From: a virus
Taxonomy: Duplodnaviria > Caudoviricetes
Length of the DNA: 64,000 nt
Reading direction: 5' to 3' (one strand)
IMG/VR virus record: IMGVR_UViG_3300006752_000009
Shown: positions 19,402 to 28,700 of the stretch, piece by piece
Position numbering within the stretch: the stretch's first letter is position 1
How the letters are laid out: every line of letters begins with the position of its first letter
Notes under the pieces: generated by a model
What the model was told of the DNA's origin: nothing
Seen by the model: only the letters and a program-made list of their open reading frames with translations
Databases searched by the model: none
Program-made: the position numbers and the translations under genes

Positions 19402-20421
19402 ATGACAGATAGACTAAAAATACCTATGGATAAAGTTATCGCTGATTATCAGCGAGGGATGAACACAGAAGCACTTGCTGAAAAGTATGGTGGTTCGGGT
19501 CGGACAATCCAAAGAAGGCTGAAAAAAGCAGGTGTGTGGGAAGCCTACAAGAACCCGAATAGTCTTTTTTATGAGGACGATCCTACAGAGCCTCCTGTGG
19601 ACTATGAATCAAGGTGTGTCGAACTTGAAGAAACTCTTGATCTCCTTGTAAAACAGATCAGTGGTGGACATATCTATCACCCTCAAGACTCAACCCTTGC
19701 AAGAGTCTTAGAGTCCAAATGTGAGTCTGATATAGCATCGGCTATCGAGATCAGCCTCAGACAACACTATCTTGAGGAAGCAATCGCCTTACGGTTTAAA
19801 GACTTGCGTAGAGCGAATGTTAGCTTAGATGGCATCTGGTTAACCCTTTCGGAAGGGTATGCTCTACCTGTGTCCAAAGTGAAGCGTGTAGTCTCTAATC
19901 AACTTGGTGATGTATCTTCGAGGTATGAACTCTTTAAGAGTGAGATCATTGAGGCATACCTCAATGGTGCTTCTACTAGAGACTTGGGTTTTCAATGGGA
20001 TACCTCAACCGATGTGATGAGGAGACAACTTAGAGTATGGGGTGTATCTGACTCAAATAGAGTGAAGAAGAAACGCATCAGACATGACCACAGAGACCAA
20101 CTACCTATGCAAGACATCATCAAAGACTACAAGGCTAATATGCCGATGACTAGGTTGGAACAGAAATACTATGTATCAGCATCTTTCATCGAAAAGTGTT
20201 TGAGAAAGATGGGTGTGCCTAAGCGACCACCTCTCCCGACAGGGGCGAAACCAAAACAAGTGGAGTCTACAACCTTAAGCCTACTTGTCTCTGACTATAA
20301 TGCAGGGTCTGGCGTGAGCTTCTTGAGTAGAAAGTACAACTTGAGTCGGTCTTCAATCAAACGGTCTTTAGAGCAAGCAGGTGTTGAGTTGAGGCGAAAA
20401 GGGCGATCAAAGAAAGTGTAA
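19402..20421 (+). CDS. Multi-HTH repeat DNA-binding protein
   Basis: Repeated DYxxGxxxxxLxxKYxxSxxxIxRxLxxAGV units (4-5 copies). Confidence 0.7.
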   Translation: MTDRLKIPMDKVIADYQRGMNTEALAEKYGGSGRTIQRRLKKAGVWEAYKNPNSLFYEDDPTEPPVDYESRCVELEETLDLLVKQISGGHIYHPQDSTLARVLESKCESDIASAIEISLRQHYLEEAIALRFKDLRRANVSLDGIWLTLSEGYALPVSKVKRVVSNQLGDVSSRYELFKSEIIEAYLNGASTRDLGFQWDTSTDVMRRQLRVWGVSDSNRVKKKRIRHDHRDQLPMQDIIKDYKANMPMTRLEQKYYVSASFIEKCLRKMGVPKRPPLPTGAKPKQVESTTLSLLVSDYNAGSGVSFLSRKYNLSRSSIKRSLEQAGVELRRKGRSKKV

Positions 20422-20433
20422 CCCCTCATTTAT
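20418..20433 (+). promoter_or_regulatory. Class II repeated motif GTAACCCCTCATTTAT (its TAA is the stop of the upstream CDS)
   Basis: Overlaps stop 20419-20421. Confidence 0.75.
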
Positions 20434-20471
20434 AGGATCACATAAGCCGAAACTCTTGAAAGGAGAATGAC

Positions 20472-20879
20472 ATGGCATACGACTTTGAAACAATCAAACA
20501 ACTCCACAATAAAACCCTTGAGCGTGTGGAAAAAAGTGGCGATGAACAACTGTGGTTCTACACCACAGACAACAAAGCTATAAAAATGTACCACTCACAA
20601 GACTGTTCTGAGAGCGTCTACATTGAAGACATCGCAGGTGATCTCAATGATCTTGTAGGCAACCCAATCCTTCGTGCAGAGGTTCGTACAGAGGACGGAC
20701 AGTCATCTTATGGTGATCTCACCTATACCTACTATGAGATTGCTACCATCAAGGGTAGCGTGACGATCCGATGGTATGGGTCAAGTAATGGCTACTACTC
20801 TACGAGTGTCTATCTTGCTTCATACGATGTCGATGACGAGGGAGATGTTGTTTGGTCTAGTGAAGATATAGACTGGTAA
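20472..20879 (+). CDS. Conserved phage hypothetical protein
   Basis: MYHSQDCSESVYIEDIAGDLNDLVGNPIL...TIRWYGSSNGYYS pattern familiar from phage genomes. Confidence 0.65.
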   Translation: MAYDFETIKQLHNKTLERVEKSGDEQLWFYTTDNKAIKMYHSQDCSESVYIEDIAGDLNDLVGNPILRAEVRTEDGQSSYGDLTYTYYEIATIKGSVTIRWYGSSNGYYSTSVYLASYDVDDEGDVVWSSEDIDW

Positions 20880-20883
20880 TACT

Positions 20884-22863
20884 ATGGCATACAATACAAA
20901 ACATCCAGATAATGCAAGTAAGCGTTCTTTACAAAGACACATCCTCAATCGGATGATGAAGCACCCACACAAGACTCAACCGTATACCATTGTCTGTCTG
21001 CCAGGTCGGAAGTGTTGGGAGGTCGAATACCTACTGCCCTACAAACACGATACTTATGAGGGAGTCGGACCAGGTGTAGAAAAGATTATCGCACTTGAGC
21101 AAGACCAAGAGGTTTTTGAGATTATCCAAGACAAGTACAAAGATAACGATATGGTTGAGGTGTTAAACACTAGCACAACTGAGTTTCTTTACACTTATGA
21201 GGATCAAGTCGATTTAATCTACTTTGACTACTACTCGTACTTTTCATCAAAAGTGAAGCAAGACATTGAGATCATGTTTGAGCGTAAGGTGTTATCTGAG
21301 GGTGGTAAGTTCATTGTCAACTTTTTAGCTACTAGGGAGTCTGTACCCAATCAGATCATGCAAGACCGACTCGTTAGAAAGTTCTGTGAGATTGGCAAGT
21401 ATGAGCTTGATGTGGATAGTCTTGATGAGGATCGCAAGAGGTGTGTTGCGTTTAATGGTTTGATAGGTCGTTATAGGTCAAAGTCTATTAATGATAGGAC
21501 TTACTCTCAAGGTAATAACTATGTTGCTACTACAGCACCTTTATGGCACAGATACAAAACCTTAGCTGGTCATTCGATGTTGACAGGTTATTTCACACTC
21601 AACTCTTACCCCTCCAAGCAAAGCAGAGGAGCACTCTATTATGCTGAGGAAGTGTGGACAACCGATCCTGTTCGTTGGGGTATAACAGACTGGAACACAG
21701 AAGTAAGCGTTAAACCTCAGCAAAACTACGACATTTGGAAAACGCGGGTTGAGGACTTTTATGCGAAAAACCACTACACACCATCAAGTTTAGACTTAGG
21801 TCGTACATCAATCAATTGTTTAACTCAGATCATTCGTGATCTTGGTTTGTGCCCTAGACATGATAGGACTGTAGAGGACATTAAAGGTGAGATTGATCGC
21901 ATTTATCAGAGGGTGGGTGTGGTTTGCCCCTTTACAGTGGCTCAAGCGAAGCTCGGACTCAAATCGGGTAAGAATGAGAAGATGAATGTACGCATGATTA
22001 TTGATTATTGCGAGGAAAAGGGTTATCCACATCGCCTCCTTTTAAATCCAATCAAAACGAACATCAATCAGTTAAATACTGTTAAGGAATACCTCGACCA
22101 CCTTCAAGCAGATAAGCCACCATCAAGTTTCCCTAAGTATCGCAACCTGTATTTTACGATCTTGGGTAGAGACTGTTCTTTTAAGAACGCTCATAACACT
22201 AAGTTAGCTTTAGAGGAGTCTCTGATGCGTGTCGGGTTGACTAAAGATGGTGAGATGACTGTTCAATACACAGATCAGCAGTTGATTGATATGTACTATA
22301 AGAAAGACATTACGATTAACGCTCTAGCTTCTTTGAGATTAATGTCTCGCCCTTTGATGATTGAATACCTAAAAGGGCTAGGGGTTGATGTGAGGCATAA
22401 AAATGATCGCAATAAAGACAAGATCACTCCCGAAAAGGTGCTTCGGGAGTTTAAGAAGAATGAGTCAATCATTGAGGTCGCTGTCAAGTTTGGTGTCAGC
22501 ACCAAGTATATCAAAGACATCTTAGATGAGTTAGGTGTAGCACCAGCTAAAACAGGTGGGTATATCAACCTTGATGAACAGGCTTTAATCTCTGATTACA
22601 AGTCGGGTATGACTTGTCCTCAAATCGCTAAAAAGTATGGTGTTCAAATATGGGTCGTTCATAGCAGACTCAAAAGTGCAGGGATAAAAGTTAAAGAGAG
22701 GGGAGGTGGGGTGCGTATCAATCTCCCAAAGGAAGAGATCATTGCTGACTATCAGTCGGGGCTAAGTATGGCTAAGATTGGACGCAAGCAATTTGTGAGT
22801 GGTGGTACGATTAGTAAGCGTTTGAAAGAGTGGGGTGTGGCTAAATCATATAATAGACCCTAA
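20884..22863 (+). CDS. Class I SAM-methyltransferase-like N-terminal domain fused to HTH repeats
   Basis: IVCLPG...IIALEQD...VDLIYFDY...LSEGGKFIVNF; C-terminal DYxSGxxxxxIAxKYGV repeats. Confidence 0.5.
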   Translation: MAYNTKHPDNASKRSLQRHILNRMMKHPHKTQPYTIVCLPGRKCWEVEYLLPYKHDTYEGVGPGVEKIIALEQDQEVFEIIQDKYKDNDMVEVLNTSTTEFLYTYEDQVDLIYFDYYSYFSSKVKQDIEIMFERKVLSEGGKFIVNFLATRESVPNQIMQDRLVRKFCEIGKYELDVDSLDEDRKRCVAFNGLIGRYRSKSINDRTYSQGNNYVATTAPLWHRYKTLAGHSMLTGYFTLNSYPSKQSRGALYYAEEVWTTDPVRWGITDWNTEVSVKPQQNYDIWKTRVEDFYAKNHYTPSSLDLGRTSINCLTQIIRDLGLCPRHDRTVEDIKGEIDRIYQRVGVVCPFTVAQAKLGLKSGKNEKMNVRMIIDYCEEKGYPHRLLLNPIKTNINQLNTVKEYLDHLQADKPPSSFPKYRNLYFTILGRDCSFKNAHNTKLALEESLMRVGLTKDGEMTVQYTDQQLIDMYYKKDITINALASLRLMSRPLMIEYLKGLGVDVRHKNDRNKDKITPEKVLREFKKNESIIEVAVKFGVSTKYIKDILDELGVAPAKTGGYINLDEQALISDYKSGMTCPQIAKKYGVQIWVVHSRLKSAGIKVKERGGGVRINLPKEEIIADYQSGLSMAKIGRKQFVSGGTISKRLKEWGVAKSYNRP

Positions 22864-22885
22864 CCCACTAAGGTTAGGAGAACCT

Positions 22886-23284
22886 ATGAAAATACCATTA
22901 TGGAGAGATGCCCTTCATCAGTTTTTTAACTCAACCGAAGAGCGAGAGGCTTATTCTACAATCTTTAACTCTGAGCTTGGTCTTAGGGTTGATCTGTCTC
23001 ACCCTTTAAAGGGAGTGACTTCTATCAAGTTTGAAGGTTCGGTTGAGAGCATTGAAAAGATTGATGGAGTCTGCGATGCCATTAAAAACTATGTTCGAGT
23101 TTACACGATCACAAATCGAGGGAGAAATCTTTTAGATACCATGCCTATTTATGATTTCGATAACATCACCTGCGATAAGGACTCCTTTAAGGCTTTCATC
23201 GCTAAAAACAAAACAAGATACCCTAACTACAATAACATCGTAGATTTTCATAAGACCATTCATTCTGGCCTCAAAGGCTACTAA
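22886..23284 (+). CDS. Hypothetical protein
   Basis: Start reassigned to MKIPLW (AGGAG SD). Confidence 0.55.
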   Translation: MKIPLWRDALHQFFNSTEEREAYSTIFNSELGLRVDLSHPLKGVTSIKFEGSVESIEKIDGVCDAIKNYVRVYTITNRGRNLLDTMPIYDFDNITCDKDSFKAFIAKNKTRYPNYNNIVDFHKTIHSGLKGY

Positions 23285-23285
23285 G

Positions 23286-23636
23286 ATGTATACAGCAGAC
23301 AAATGTGTCGAAAACGAGGTTTACTGCAATGTCAGTATGCTCATGGCAGAAATCTTAAAGAACCCCGATGCTGTAGACTCCGAGTGGTATGAGGAGCTTT
23401 TCTATGTAGCCGAACAGACAGAGGAAGATTTTAGAGAGAATGGGGGATACTACATTCAACCATTGAGCTTTTGGGCGATCTCTGAGCGTCTAGCTACCTT
23501 TTTGAAACTAGAGGGTCATCCTGTCACGAACTACTTTGGCACATGGATTTGGGGTCGCCCGACTTATGGACAGATGATTAAGTGCGATGGTGTGATTGAG
23601 AACTTTGTAGAGGAGGTCAACAACGCTTCTCTGTAG
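23286..23636 (+). CDS. Hypothetical phage protein
   Basis: 116-aa ORF, WIWGRPTYGQ motif. Confidence 0.55.
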   Translation: MYTADKCVENEVYCNVSMLMAEILKNPDAVDSEWYEELFYVAEQTEEDFRENGGYYIQPLSFWAISERLATFLKLEGHPVTNYFGTWIWGRPTYGQMIKCDGVIENFVEEVNNASL

Positions 23637-23639
23637 GGT

Positions 23640-24128
23640 CTACCTAAGCCATGAGGGGATACGCTTAGTGTACTTGTCTGCTAACTTAGAAGCACACCAA
23701 GCGTTTGGTTTGACCTCTACGCTATCGTAGCCATACCCTCGCACTATAGCGACCAAAGAGCGTGAAAAGCGACCTGTCCTGTGACTTGTGTTCTCATGGC
23801 TAACATCTAGGTGGATAGAGATGTTAGCATGGGGTATGGTTTCTCTTATGTTACAGGCTAAGTCGATAGTGGTTTGTGTTTCACAGAAGATACGCTCATA
23901 AAGGTTGTGGTGTCGTGGTCTAGTTCTGTGTTCGAGATAAAAGTATCGGCAGTGGTATTCTTTATCATCGCAGAGGACTGCGATTACAGAGACTAGAAAA
24001 GTTCCTGTGTTGAAGGGCTGGCTGTCAGTCCCTAAAACGATCTCATGTCCGTATCGAGATGCTTCGTTTAGGAACTGGATGATACAGTCATACTCGATGA
24101 TCTTTTTAGTGCCTGTTTTCCACATCAC
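23640..24128 (-). CDS. RNase H-like YkuK/DUF458 family protein
   Basis: IVLGTDSQ, IHLDV, VKPNAWCASKLADKY. Confidence 0.75.
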   Translation of the reverse strand: MMWKTGTKKIIEYDCIIQFLNEASRYGHEIVLGTDSQPFNTGTFLVSVIAVLCDDKEYHCRYFYLEHRTRPRHHNLYERIFCETQTTIDLACNIRETIPHANISIHLDVSHENTSHRTGRFSRSLVAIVRGYGYDSVEVKPNAWCASKLADKYTKRIPSWLR

Positions 24129-24183
24129 CCTGCCTTTCGATTATTTATTTATAGTTAACCATACCATATAAGGAGGGCTAAAT

Positions 24184-25290
24184 ATGTTTCATCACTTAAC
24201 CTTAGCTGTAAGAGACAGAATGATCAAAGAGCTACAAGAGTATTGGCAGGATCACCCCCGATACAAGACTCTAGCTCAAAACATACAAGGGAAATATGCT
24301 TTCGAGGAGCGTCCTCAGTTCGGCATGATAGTCAAAACAGGTGGGGCAAGTAATGTTGTGTTAAGTCCAGATAACTTTATAGCCACCGTCAAAGGTTCAG
24401 TTGTTTTAGCAAGTGTGCTTGGCAAGAAAAGCGTAGCGATTGAGTGGGTGAGGGAGTCTTCCTTTGAGACACCGAGAAAAGGGGTGTACCACTTTAAGTT
24501 TGCTAAAGCACAAAGCACAGATCCTAATAAATATGTCATCACACAGGATATATATCAGTACCAAAAAGAAGATGTGCTGATTTTCACTGACCCTACAACG
24601 ATAGAGCTACTTGAAGAACCTGTTGCTAACTCGTTTAGGTTGATTGAAAATCCTTCGGGTAGATTGCTAGAGTCAACAGAGTATGTTCGTAATGGTACGA
24701 CTGTTACTTTGACCGAAGAAGTACCTAGAGGGTTAAGTCTAAGAGCACAATACACATATAAAGAGGCTGATGCTCCCGACCCTTACACAGTATATCCCGA
24801 CCAAGTGTACCGAGAAATCATCCCTGGTTGTCTTATAGCGATTGGGAGATGGATTGAAGATGGGGATGAGCAGATCATCGTGGTAGAGGAAGACCAACAA
24901 GCCACTTATCATGAATATGGTGGTCGTTGGGACATAAGCGTAGACATTGATCTTGTGACTAGGGATGTTCATTCACAGGCCGATATAGCCGACAGAACTG
25001 TTGTATGGCTTTGGTCGGCTTTAAGACCTAAGCTCGCCAATCTTGGTCTTGAAGTTTCGGATGTGAGCTTGGGTGGTGAGGGAGAAGAAGTATATGACGA
25101 TAACGCTGATGATTATTTTTTCACAGCGAGCATGAGCTTATCTATCCAAGCAGATTGGTTCGTCCATTTCCCACTTATCATACCTTTGTTGAGGTATAAC
25201 TTAGAGGGGGTTGTGCCTGTTAAAGAGATTATCACCTCGCCACTGGCAGGTATTGGATCTGATACCGATTTCTTACAGAGGCTTCTTTAA
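24184..25290 (+). CDS. Putative tail completion/terminator-like structural protein
   Basis: 368 aa, class I motif upstream, two genes before the tail sheath; C-terminal DIDLVTRD...SLSIQADW. Confidence 0.45.
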   Translation: MFHHLTLAVRDRMIKELQEYWQDHPRYKTLAQNIQGKYAFEERPQFGMIVKTGGASNVVLSPDNFIATVKGSVVLASVLGKKSVAIEWVRESSFETPRKGVYHFKFAKAQSTDPNKYVITQDIYQYQKEDVLIFTDPTTIELLEEPVANSFRLIENPSGRLLESTEYVRNGTTVTLTEEVPRGLSLRAQYTYKEADAPDPYTVYPDQVYREIIPGCLIAIGRWIEDGDEQIIVVEEDQQATYHEYGGRWDISVDIDLVTRDVHSQADIADRTVVWLWSALRPKLANLGLEVSDVSLGGEGEEVYDDNADDYFFTASMSLSIQADWFVHFPLIIPLLRYNLEGVVPVKEIITSPLAGIGSDTDFLQRLL

Positions 25291-25334
25291 TAGTTTATTT
25301 ATGAAACAACTTATACAAGAGAAAGGGTCTATCT

Positions 25335-25769
25335 ATGCCTATCCTAAAGTTTCAATGCACGAGTTGTGGTTTTTCACAACGCAAAAGAGTCTCACGAGGA
25401 ACGGACAGTATCTCATGTTCTTCCTGTGGGGAAAGTGCGTTTGCTGAAGGTTCTCCTAATCTCACAGTCGGTTTTCAAGCTGATGTCTCTCAATCTATGC
25501 GAGTTCAAGACTCTGGTATAGAGTCTTTCGACATGGATTATGATCGAGTGATTGGCGAGGACGCTCAAGCGAAGTGGGATATAGTCTATAGGAGAAATCG
25601 GGATAAATGGGACATCTTACATTCTACGGGTGATACTGGGAATGACATAATGAGGTTACCCGATGGCTCATACGACTCTTTGCCCGACCCTGCAAAGGTG
25701 TTTCGTGAGACTCGTCTGACTGGAATGAATAAATTAGAACAACAAAGATCATCCTCAACTAAGGAGTAA
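25335..25769 (+). CDS. FmdB-family zinc-ribbon protein
   Basis: MPILKFQCTSCG...CSSCG. Confidence 0.75.
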   Translation: MPILKFQCTSCGFSQRKRVSRGTDSISCSSCGESAFAEGSPNLTVGFQADVSQSMRVQDSGIESFDMDYDRVIGEDAQAKWDIVYRRNRDKWDILHSTGDTGNDIMRLPDGSYDSLPDPAKVFRETRLTGMNKLEQQRSSSTKE

Positions 25770-25774
25770 AACTC

Positions 25775-28700
25775 ATGGCTATTGAAGGCGGATACGCACC
25801 ACCTGGTGTATATACCAGAACAATTTTTGAAGATACCAATACTAATCTTGCACAGTTACAAGGTAAAGTACCGACCATCGTAGGTGTAGGTAAACAAACC
25901 TTTCAAGTGAATGGTAGTGAGTTAGTAAGAGGATCTTCTTCAACTATAGATCAACGCATAGTTGAAGAAGATCCGACAGGACGCATGATTGCAGACACGA
26001 ACCCCGATGGGTCTTTTGTGTTGTCGGATTTTAATGGTGTCTTGACAGAAGTATATGTCAGACATTTCCCCATCGTAACTGGAGAAGGGTCGGGAACAAC
26101 CTCAAATACCCCTAGCTCTGTATCAGCTACTATCAATGGCAACGCTACTGTTATCATTGAGGTGGATGGTGCGAACGGAAAAATTCGTCTTGCAGAAGCA
26201 CCAAGTCAAGGTGACGATGTTAGGATTTCTTACTTCTTCAATCGTACAGATACCTTTGTTGAAGATGAGGTCTTGTCATCGCAGGTTAGCGATTTCCAAA
26301 CAGAGATCAGAGGTTCAGCTTCTAGCTTTGTTATTACTGCCGAGACTAATACCCTCATCATCACTTGTGATGGTGAGACTCAAGTTTTGACTTTAGGTGT
26401 TGATGCTGTTCGTGCAGACTCACTTAATAAAGTACAGAACGCTATTAACGGAGCAGAGATCGGATCTTTAACTGCAACCACATATGTAGACCAAAATGGC
26501 TCTGAGAACCTCCTCCTCTCTGCTGATGGCGAAATCATCGTAGGTGCAGGTACAGCTAACACAGCTCTTGGTGTTTACGCTAGTCAGCGTGGTACAGACA
26601 GAAATCGTATCTTCTTCACTGCGAATGGACCGATTGTTGATGGTTCAAATGGTGGTGTCATCACTACTGATGTTAGCCTCATTACTGTTAAGATAGATAA
26701 CGCTGTCGTTCAAGCTGAGTCTGTTGACGGTGCTAATGGATCGTTTACCCTTTCGAGTCCTCCAAAGGTCGGTTCGACTGTGAGCGTTTCTTATCATCAC
26801 AATACTTTCCAAGATAAGTTCGATTACATCCCTGGTCGAGATGTCAAATCAATTGATCGTGTTTCAATTGTTGCTAGTGGTGGTGGAGAAGCCGCTCAGT
26901 TTATTCAAGATGTAGACTTTGTTTTAAGTGATGACAGGATCGTTTGGGGAACTGCTTCAATCGTATCTCAAGGCGGTACTCAAACAGGTAATACAGCTTT
27001 TGGAACTGCTCAAGTTTCAGCACTCCTTCGTGATGAGCGTGGGTATCTCTTAGAGTGTTCTCCTGTTGTAATCACTAGCGTGACTCCTAGTAGAATTCTT
27101 GCGAAGACCTTTAAACTCCCTTATCAGCCAGTAGACGGTACAGGTTCGGGTATCCCTACTTCTAACCCTGCTTTGATCCAAGTTCGTACAGGTGTTTCAT
27201 TTGCTGACGCTCTTGAGAACTCTGTAGCGACTGTGACGAGGGTTGATCCTGCTACTTCTCAAATCACCCTTGCGACAGAACCTCCTACAAACCACAAGGT
27301 CTTTGCTACATTCTTCTATAGCATCCTTCAAGACAAGTTTGATCTTAATGCTTACAATGTAGCTGTGGAGACTGTTGGAGCGAGTGGGCTTGGTACTTAT
27401 ACTCTTACTTCGGGTACTACATCATTCTTCGGTGCAGAGCTTACTGCTAAGGGGAATGACCTCAGTGAGACTGTCATTGAGTTCCCAAGTGGATCAGAGG
27501 CATTAACAGGTATTCGCTTCTCTAGTGGTGTTCCAGTTGAAGAAATCATCACCCTTCAGTTCGGCAACTTTGACGAAACACCTGCTACCTTCTTTGTCGA
27601 GGGATCTGCCCCTTATTATCTTGTTGATGGTCAAAGCGATACCTTAGCGATCACCGTTGATCAACAGGCTGTAAGTGTCGATTTCTCTGCTCCTACCGAT
27701 GGTACTCGTCTTGGTAACATCACTCATCATGTAGGGGGAGTTCTTCCTTACACCGCTGAGTCGGACAACTCTAATCTAGGTGATGGCATCTCAACCTCTA
27801 TCACACTAAAAGTGGATGGGTTAGATTTACCCCCTTGTACCGTTGCAGGTGATGATAAGAAAGTTGCTGATCTTGTCACCGAGATCAACACTCAATCTCT
27901 AACTGTTAAACCAACCTATACTGCAATGTCTGTTATGGGTGCATGGAGTGCTAAGAACAATACCTATAAGGTGTTCAAGTTCTCATATCGTGGGTCTACT
28001 ACAGCAGAGTCAGAGGTCGAGTGTACGATTGATGAAGCAGATTACTTAACTGCCGAAGCTCTAGCAGGAGACTCAACGATCTTAGGTGATCAAGCCGACA
28101 CAGGTGTGAATAAAGCACTTGTTGCTGGTATTCTTGCTGAACCTGCTTTAGCTGGACTTCAAATCACCTGTTCTTCAGTTGGTGGTCGTTTAGTATTTAC
28201 ACTAGATGCAATCCCTGGTGCAGACACCTACGGTTATATTGAGTTCATCACCGATGCCGATCCCGATACCTCTTTCTTGAGTGTTGCTGGTATTGATGGT
28301 CATCAAAATACAGGCTCGGCAGGTGGTACGCAGACTAAGTGGGGCTTCATGCCTGTAGCCGCACTAGCGTCTGTGGACATTCTTGGTAATGGTGTTCTGA
28401 CAGAACCTCATAGAGATCGTTTGGTCTTGAAGAACCGTACTTTGATCGGTAATACCTATTACCCACCATCAAGTATAGATCTTGGTTTGAGCGTTTCTAC
28501 AGGAACGAACCTTAACCTTATGGGTATCACTCCTTCTTTAAGTTTGGTTGCTTCAAGAACTTCTGTGATTGATAAACCATCTATCCTCTTGAATGTGGGT
28601 TGGGATGAGGTCGATGCTGTTTCTGGTATTCCTGCCAAGACCATGTATGATGGAACAGATGCAGAAGATCAGAACGATACTTTGGTGCTTGTCCTTAGTG

